In this document: piece by piece, positions 55,259 to 64,000 of the stretch
How the letters are laid out: every line of letters starts with the position of its first letter
How positions within the stretch are numbered: position 1 is the first letter of the stretch
From: Acanthaster planci
Lineage: Eukaryota
NCBI RefSeq assembly: GCF_001949145.1
Contig: NW_019091359.1
Location: forward strand, 2,642,861-2,706,860
Length of the DNA stretch: 64,000 nt
Direction: 5' to 3'
The notes under the pieces: generated by a model
What the model was told of the DNA's origin: nothing
What the model saw: only the letters and a program-made list of their open reading frames with translations
Databases searched by the model: none
Made by a program: the position numbers and the translations under genes

Positions 55259-58200
55259 GGGGCAAAAGCCCACAACGCATCGTAATAAGCGTTTTTCCTT
55301 TAATAAAACAAACTTTAAGGCTATAAATTTGTGCATTACATTAAATAACCTTTAAAAATGATTGGTTCCTCCAACAGCGTGGAAAAAGGGGAAAATTAAG
55401 AGAATATTAATAGACAAAAGCTCCCTGTGAAGCAGCTACTATAATACGTGAACCGGCAAGGCAAAAAAGACTGTGCAATGTACACTGTCCGAAAGTATTC
55501 AACATTTGGTTATGTTCTTAGCTTAATATTGTCCTTACAGCCAATTGTAATTTCAGCTAAAACGGACGAAGATCTGTTTTTTCATCTGGAAAATAAAACT
55601 GTGGAAATGTGCAGGTGTCCTGAGCGCACTGCATGCCGCGAGCACGCACAGGCAGTGCAAACCTGCTCAGACGCGTTCAAGGCCAGTATTGCCATTTATT
55701 TCCTTCGAATACAAACGCTCGCCATAAACATAATAGATATGTTCCCTAACCACCATTTGTACAAGGCCATGCGCCCACTTCACAACAGCTTTAACCGACA
55801 TATTTTGTTCTGTAGATGGACTTTTTACCAGCTATTTAAAGGACAAAGACTGCTGGTTTTCAGGGCCTTTGATGATGGTCTTTAAGGGAGATGTCCATGA
55901 AATAAAAATTCTATTCATTTTCTGAGCCAAATTTAGGGTTTTAGGTTCGTATGGGGCTTCTGAACAACATCGCTTTGTTAAGACTTACTCTATAATTATT
56001 TTAGAAGAGGATTTAATTTCCAAAAAAAGGGGAAAAAAGAAAAGGGTTGGATTTTTCAAAAATGGAAGTTAGTAGATAAGAGTCACGAATCTCACAACGC
56101 GTGTGTATTCAAAATTTACAGCTAAATAATTTTGATTAGGGACTGTTATTGCTGCACAAAACGAATATGAACCGACCATGCGGTTGAAAAAAACAACCTT
56201 TAAGTAAAAGACGCAATGACGTTGACAATTAACCTTGACTCTATCCTGCAGAGCAAAATACTTCTGACAATATGCAGCGTCTTGTAAAATTGCCGGTACC
56301 GCCTGCTCGTTAGCGTATGGGGGTGGCACTAAGGCCACGCCCTCCAAAAGAAGAAACCTTTCCAGTTTTTAAAACACGAGAAACGAGTTTTTTTTTATTT
56401 AGGGGAAGCCCCCAAACTTTAGTCTTAACCATCAAAAGGCCATTTAAAAAGGCTTCAAAATTTCAATTATCACACCCCCCCTCTCAAAAAAAATACCCGC
56501 CATGGCTTGTGATTCGACTGAAGACGTGTCTGGTTTAATGATGTTGAATGAAACAGTGGCCTGATAATTCGACTGTGAAAGATTGATTAGGGGAGTTGCT
56601 CAATCAACAAAGCACGTTCAGCAATGAAACATTTTGTCTAACTGGGGTGTTTTAACTATACCGCGGCTGCTTCCCGGGGACAGGAATGCTTGGAGCGCGT
56701 AGATTGCGACACAACAAAAATACCCATTTGGCACACAACCTCGTGTGCCACCTGGGCGATCACACTATTTGTTTGGCAGCTCAGTCATTGTTTGGCCGTC
56801 TTCCTTCCGTGACAGTGTTGTTTCTGTAAAATGGAACCTGGCTTTAGCGAGATGTCACATCCGACCAGGATTCAGCTCCCTCAATAACGGACAAATTTGA
56901 ACCGGGAAATACAGTACTCTACATACTGAGGTGGTAAGTAAATTTGCATACGTCATTGCGTTTGTAATTGTTGGCTTAAGCACTGACTTATGATGAAGAA
57001 GTGTACATTTGATTGATTGCACAGATATTTACCATGGTCAGTTTTTAATTTTGCATGTGACGCTCTATTGTACAATTTAGACTGCAAAGCGGTGGTGCAG
57101 ATTATCATCGTGTAGTGTGTCTTCTTCAAGATGGCACACTCGTCTAATATAAAAGGTTGAACAGTTTTGATGAACTTGTAAAATCACCATGTAGACATAT
57201 CTCTTGTGAGTTGGTAGAGACGAAGAGAACAGTGGTCTCCACGTTTCGAGTAGTATGCATTAGCCGTCATGCATCACACACTTGGGTAGACACACTCACG
57301 TATTTGATGGTCACTGGAATCCACGCATTAAACTACAACCATTCAACGACCACATTATTATGTAGTCGAGTCCATCGTAAGTCAGTCACAAGTCATTGCA
57401 AGTTTGGTCACAGACCTTTTCGTGACTTGATATCGTGATAAAGGATTGCATATTGCTTGCCTGACTTTAGCTAGGCAAAGGTGGCTTGTGGGGGCTTAAA
57501 TACAGCGTTGATGATGACCATGAATCTATATTGAATATGTTATTCGGACGCGTCGCCTGTATGTACAGACGTGCAGAATAAACTGTGTGGACTATCAAAT
57601 AAATACCGGGTATTGTCTTGCATTGGATCTCCTCAGTGGTACTTCATTAATTTGTACCTGGTCACAGTTACCGTAGCGTTTGCCCTCTCGCGGTGTTAGG
57701 AGCGGGTAACTCTTTGGCGCCAAATAAGTGAGTAGTATTTGCGCCAATTGGCGTAAACAAAAACATAGTCGAATGACCATTTTTCCCCGCCACAGTGACA
57801 TGAGTTGACATTGACCATCGAGCTCTTTCCGGTAAAATATAGGGTACATTTACCGTGTGGCGAGAGCAGCTGTACACACAGAGGTTTGTAGATTCAAACG
57901 TATGACATCCTGCTTATAGCGTATGTACATTGCAGAGAATCATACAAGATTATCCCTAAGTGTGTAGACCATTAAACCTATTAATGCACGGTCGGCACTG
58001 GAGGTGTACCGTACGTGTGTCTTCTGCAACTTTTTTTTTATTATTTCAGATGTATCCTAAGACAAAAAAGAGAATACAGCCGTCCGGGCTCTTCTCGCAA
58101 GAGCAGCATACCTTTCTAATCCAACTTTTTATTCGCATTAAAAAAAGCCTTAGTTTAAGTGAAAACAAATAATCTATAAGGCCCAAACGGACAAATTCTT

Positions 58201-59479
58201 ATTTTCCATGGTGTAGAATTTCAAGGAAAGATCTTCCACAGCTCTGAAAAGAAGACACCGTAGCAATCATCAACGTCTCTCCCCCCTAAAAAAACACTTT
58301 CCACCTACCTTTAATTGAAAGCTGTCTCGCCATAGATAATATCCCAGGCAGAGATCATTAATCGCTTATCGAAGTTGCACCCTGAACATCCATCTTCTGT
58401 GAAATCATACCACGGTGAACAAATCAGAGATCATTTCGAGTCCAACCGTGCAATGTGGAAAAAGGGCGCAGAGGGCTAGAGCATCGGCTGTTAACAATGT
58501 AGTAAGTCATTTCCCCTTTCCTGTCTCGTCTAGTTAAAATAGAAATAAGCCAAGGTGTTTGAGCACGCAAGATTTAGTACTGAGCGCGCTGTAAGCTTAA
58601 TTGGAACGAAGACGTTTCTGTACTATCGGGTTTCGCTCTTTGGGATTGTAAAAACGTAAGTTTTTAATACAGAATATGCCTTCGAGATCCTACGATTGGA
58701 GAAACTGGCGATACGGGCGTGAGGCGGTGATGCATTTCCGAAATTCCCTCTCTCAAATACGTGAACGGCCATTTTGGTCTCAATGTGTGTTGAGTGTAAT
58801 ACATTTAAGCTACTCCTTTAAAAAAATGAGATCAGCCTTTATTTTCTGTCTTTGTGCTCACGAATTTACTACACCTTGTGAACACATTTAGTGAACACGT
58901 TACCGAGCATCACCACGCATGGCTCCCTCTTCAGCTTTTCAGTTTGACCAATCAAATTAATTTCAATAACCTTGACACTATGGGTGTAAATCCCGGCACA
59001 ACATTCACGGCTCTGCTTTTCGAAAATCTCACTACTTTATTGCGGAGGATCTCGGACTGATATTTTGGATGAGTCCCCCCTACCGGTGCCCAATTAATCA
59101 GGGCAGACTGGGCACGTTCCGAACCTCAGTGCTGGGTACTACCGGATTCGACCCCCCCCCACACACACACATTTAAGTGTGTATTTGCTTGCAACTGGGG
59201 ACCCCCTATTGTTCCTCTTTTGTTTGTACTTAAACTTTTTTAAGGTCACATTTAACTGACAACAGATTAACACATCTGAACTCAATGGCACCTTGCATGA
59301 ACGTGTAATGCTCCCCCCGCCAGATCCCCGCGGGTTTCCCCTTTTAGAATCTTGAAATGAACAAAATATCCAAACCACGGTTAATTTGTTTCAGTAAACC
59401 TCCTTAAAAGAAGAGTATTCACCCAATGGTGCCCCCAGAGGTTCAACAACAGCCAATGTAGAACAGCTCTGATTCCCAC

Positions 59480-59640
59480 ACTGAACACCAGGAACGTCAT
59501 ATCGACTGGCATGACAGACATACACCAATAACTCCCCGTGGGGATACGGGACATTCAGATCACCCCTACAACACCCGAAGGAATCTAGATAACAAAAATG
59601 GTAGGGCCTGTACCGTATAATGCGCCCAGACAACATTGGA
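59480..59640 (+). mobile_element. Fossil Gypsy/Ty3 integrase C-terminal (GPY/F) fragment
   Basis: Frameshifted QERHIDWHDR...LPVGY...QKW*GLYRI resembles QxRQKxYYD...VGD...KWxGPYRI. Confidence 0.4.
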
Positions 59641-60114
59641 AGCTTGATCAAGCAACGACGCTCGGCGGGACCGACCCCTTCAACGGACTCTGGGTGTGTA
59701 ATGGAATTTGTCACGGAAAGGGGCAAGCCCCACTGTCGTTTGGACCTCTTGACAAAGACGTATCCGTATTAGGACCCATGAAATAAACCCATTACCCGGA
59801 CGAAACGATGGCAACCCGCTGCAGTCATGTGGAATTCAGTTGATCTATCTGCTGGTTGAAAAGTACAGCGTTACGATAATTCTTGCCCAAAAAGGGGGAA
59901 AACACGAGCATCAGAAACCCTTCAGTGTCTTCATATTTAGGTATCTTTCTGGGGTTTTTTTGGTGTTCTTTATTACTCTTTACATTCTGAAAGGAAGTGA
60001 ATCTTCCGAAGGACAATGTACAGTATTTTATGGCTAAGATCAGTGCTCAGATGTAGATTCGTTATCGAGAATGTTTTGCACTTTTTCTCGAACTCGGACA
60101 CCTTCGATTTTCAT

Positions 60115-60400
60115 GTCATCTTTCGCGTTGAAGTTCCAGTGCTCGAAGAGCGCCAAGATACTCAACCTCGATAATACCCACCTCAACGATCTTTAGCTCA
60201 GCCCCTGCTGGACGTTATGTCTCTGAGGTGACCCGAACTCTCACATGTTGGTCTGCAGATGCGGCGCTGACCCAATAGCCTCTATCCTGACGCAAATAGA
60301 CTGTCCTGATTTCTCCTGAGAGTCCAACCAAGCTGTCGTCGTTTCCCTTCGTTTGGTAATTGGACAAAACCCTTTACATTCCCAAGGTGGGTTATTAATG
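60115..60400 (-). mobile_element. Fossil RTE-like LINE ORF C-terminus
   Basis: Broken translation KRRQLGWTLRRNQDSL...GQRRICRP...AKDR...GALRA resembles the RTE tail (RRxxWxGHxLRR...GKRRRGRP...AQDR...AL). Confidence 0.35.
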
Positions 60401-61162
60401 CAAGAAGTACATTTCGCCGACAGAATGATCATTCTATACCCTTCGAGTATAATCGAGCCAGCCAAGGTCTTTTTATGTTGAACTTCCATCATTAGGGCGG
60501 ATAAAAGTAATCTATAGGCCCACAGCTATACTTTTAACCAAATTCCGAGAGCGGACTTAGACAAATCTTCCCCAACCTTGTTTTCCTTGATGTAATCGTC
60601 TTGGTAAAATGTCTTTTCAGAGAGGGAAATCAATCAATCAATTTTATCAGACTGAAACAGAATACTATGTGATTAAACCCAATTCGGATACAGCGCATAC
60701 TGTTTGCAGTAAGATGAGCAACTCTCCTGAAATTGAATACAGCAAACGTGCATTATACCTTGAATTCGTGTGTCTGTGTGTGAATAATCAGTATCATGTC
60801 GCTATGCTGCTATTGTCTACAAGAATTGTGGTTGTCTTAAGGGTAAGTATTTAAAAACAACAATAAATAGGATTGAAAACAACCTCGTAAATTTAATGTT
60901 TACCCATTAATTGTGGCATCAAAATGAATAAAAAGATCCTACGTTTCCCCGCCCACCAAAAAAACCCTTTTGGCCGTTCGCGCTCCCCAGCTGATTGGAT
61001 GACGTCATCGCCAGAGCGCTGACATGTACATGTACATCGCGCATAGTTGTGTTTGATGTAGCTTGGCCCACAGGCAAATACTGTCTCAGTTCAAGAAATA
61101 CACGGTAGGACTGTGTCTTTTAATTTCTACCATGGAGGATCTTTTTATTCATTTGGGGTCGC

Positions 61163-61338
61163 AATACGGGCGATTAACAGCAGTGCGCCTCCAAGAGTTT
61201 GCAATGCGTTGGTCAATCACAATGCCCTAAATCTGTCGACCCAGTGCGTGCATGGAAACTGTCGACAGATTTCGCGAGTTGTGATTGGCCAATGCGTCGC
61301 AAACTCTTGGAGGCGCCCTACTGTGAATCACCCGTATT
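61163..61338. mobile_element. Fully palindromic foldback MITE, copy 1
   Basis: aaTACGGGCGATT...TCTGTCGAC-loop-GTCGACAGA...AATCACCCGTAtt, with ~78-bp arms. Confidence 0.85.
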
Positions 61339-62194
61339 AATGGGGTAAACAAATTAAATTTAGGATGTTTTGAAATGGTTAGATATTTATTGTTATTTTG
61401 AAATACTTCACGTGACCTAAATGTTTTCAATTTCGATCTGTTGTCATTTAATGCAAAGGCTAATGATATTTCAATAAAGAACACGACGTCCAAGCAAGAA
61501 ACAACAGAGATGAAAATTTAAAAAACGACTTGGAAACCCCTCCGTGTTGGTGTTGGTCTGTTTATTAACCATTCTGACAATTTTTCTCATTTTTTAATTA
61601 AAGTTTAATTCTTGTGCACGGTTTGTCTCCGTGAGTGTGCTCGCTAAAACTGACAACACCCTGCTAGTGCCCGTCTTTATTTATACCTTTCGCTCCGTCC
61701 ATCCTTTTACGTAACCACCTGTAAGGCATGAGCAGACTTCTCACTCTGTTCGTTCCTGAAATTCTTAAAACAACAATTTCCCGCTTGACGACGATCCACA
61801 GGAAATTTGATAGTATTGTGGATTATAGTAACGGACGAAATCGCCAAGTGGCATAACATCGACGCACGATTATGGTCAGTCGTTATTACAGACATGATTC
61901 GGGTTCGGTTTGAAGGGATTTCCAATAACCCAACAGAACTCGTTAAGGTGGCACTGTACATGTACGTAGAAAGCCTATCGCCTTTTGTGAAAACACGTGT
62001 TGACGTGTATCGTCTTAGAATGAAATGTTTACCGTCCCCTTCGCTCTGCAAAAGCCCTCGTTTACACGCACGTGCAAATTTATAGAATCATCGGCGAAAT
62101 ATGTTGCACTATAATTTGCACAGCTATGGGGAGTCAATTTGCTGGGTACCTTAGCTCTCCGATGAAGTTTGGAGTGCAAACATTATTTATAATC

Positions 62195-62300
62195 GTTTTG
62201 TTTAGTTTTCGTTTTGTTTCTTTTCGTTTTCTTTCGTTTTTTGTTTCATTTCGTTTGGTTTTGTTGGTTGGGTTGAGTTTGGTTGGTTTGGTTGGTTTGG
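62195..62300. repeat. Low-complexity (TTTCG)/(GGTTT) simple repeat
   Basis: Direct reading of the sequence. Confidence 0.85.
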
Positions 62301-62810
62301 ACTGACTCCACTGTTGAATGAAATTAAAAGTCGCATGTAGCTGCTTGATTACAGCTGGAAATTACGGTAGCATATTTGGAACATGATTGAAAAAATGACC
62401 GCTATTTCACCCGGGCGTATTACTATCCAAAATGGTGAAAATTGTTAGCACAATCCTGGAGTTGGTTCAGCGCCGGTTTAAAATGGCGGAAAATCAACAG
62501 ACAAGTCGCCCCTCAAATGAGTTAATCTTACATTTAAAAATGTGTTATTACATGCAGTGAATCAATACGCTCCTCTAGAATGTACATGAAAAGAGACGGC
62601 ATCACTGATGAATAGCATGCCAAATATTGAATGAAGTGATGTTCATCAACATTGTTGTCTGCTTCCTCGCGCTTGCCTCCACCGGTCAGATGACGTTTAA
62701 CCGTTTTGTTTTGTGGGCTGCGCCACCCTTAACATGTTCTTGGTTATTGTTTTTACGTCACAAACATGTTTCTGGTTAGGGGTCGCCAAAACGCGCCCCG
62801 GGTAGTGACA

Positions 62811-62926
62811 CGACCGTAACGCGTGCATTTCATAGTCGTTTGTGAACGAGAGAAGTCAATTCCGACCAAAGGAGCCTCCGTTGCCAGGAAAAATGCGCCC
62901 TCTCTTGGTCCAGCTCGGGGCTTATA
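62811..62926 (+). repeat. Dispersed ~115-bp repeat, copy 2
   Basis: Homologous to 44923-45040. Confidence 0.75.
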
Positions 62927-63109
62927 AGCTTGTGCACATTGTGTAATTCAGTGACCAGAATTAGAATATTGCGGTGGTGCAACGCTTGTGGAGAGGTTTT
63001 GAGAACGTTTTACATAATAATACCATTTGACCTCTGTGCAACTTCTGTCACAGTGCATTGTATCCATACTAAGGCGGCTAAGTGAGGAGTGTCCACTGAA
63101 ACGTCACTG

Positions 63110-63284
63110 AATACGGGCGATTCACAATAGAGCGCTCTGAGAGTTTGTAGCACGTTGGCCAATCACGACGCCTGACATCTGTCGACCCTTTCCAAACGCG
63201 CATTGGGTCGACAGATTTCGCGCATCGTGATCGCCCAACGCGTTTCAAACTCTTAGAGGCGCTCTATTGTGAATCGTCTGTATT
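63110..63284. mobile_element. Fully palindromic foldback MITE, copy 2
   Basis: Same family as 61163-61338 (aatacgggcgattcac...gtgaatcgtctgtatt). A partial third start (caggcgattcacaata) lies near 46275. Confidence 0.85.
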
Positions 63285-64000
63285 ATATGCGGGCACATTG
63301 ACCGTATATCGCGTGATCTTGGTGCACGTGACAAAGAGACGCATGAAGGCGCCTTTCCATAGGGCCTGTGTATGTTTCTGGGTGGGTTGCGTACACGATG
63401 CGGTCAGGCGTTTCACTCTCATGGACCAAAAAATCGACTCCATTAACATAACACAGGTGTGCTTTGCGTTCGACCGCCAAAATCGGCCGGGAGCGATTTT
63501 GACGGATACGCAACACAGAGCGCCTTGAGACAGTCCGTTTAAAGAAAAACTCGTCGGAATTCAAGTGGATCCCCCTTAATACCAGTTTCAGTGTGTTTGG
63601 CTTTCGTGGATTAGTGGCCTATAGGTCTATTACAAGGGTTTGCGCAACCGTAGATCAATTGCCCAAAATTGATGGATGTGAATATTTAGAAACTATACCG
63701 TCGAAATCTAAAGGATTTCACATTTGTTCTGCAGTCACTTTGTTGGTTATGTAGTTCTGGGCCTTCGTCGATGAGTTGTGATTAAGGTTAGTGTCCATCA
63801 CACTGTGGTCAGTCAGCGTCCTTCATAGCTCGAACTCGTGGGCACCCGCATGTTCGATTTTGAAAAAAAACAATACGATAAACGTGATCATGTAATCACG
63901 GAGCTTTTTAGTACACGTGTGAAAGCGAAGTAGGCCCAGCGCCACCATCATTCAAATGTATTACATCATGCGTACCCCTCGTAAAAACGGGTGGTTACTG

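Overview
AT-rich eukaryotic DNA, most likely from an invertebrate animal (GT-AG introns, pervasive TACATGTA palindromes, many MITEs); I cannot name the species. It contains: (1) the last coding stretch (proline-rich C-terminus) of an unidentified + strand gene at the left edge; (2) an intronless-CDS RBM15/Spenito gene (3 RRM + SPOC, - strand, 15593-17962); (3) head-to-head with it, a complete MAPKAPK2/3 (MK2) kinase gene on + that I assembled by hand from 8 shared coding exons (27878-44530). The MK2 gene has two candidate alternative first exons (20515-20537 and 27518-27579) that both splice in frame; the second has its own ARE/AP-1 site and TATA box. Introns and the right-hand 16 kb carry many transposon remnants: a nested, inverted pair of TTAA piggyBac-like MITEs, pogo-like and hAT-like MITEs, foldback palindromes, a tRNA-derived element, LINE and Gypsy fossils, and a decayed Penelope-like element between 118-bp direct repeats with a possible fossil hammerhead core. 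There are two assembly gaps. No prokaryotic systems or CRISPR arrays are present. All alignments and translations were done by eye, and no database was searched.
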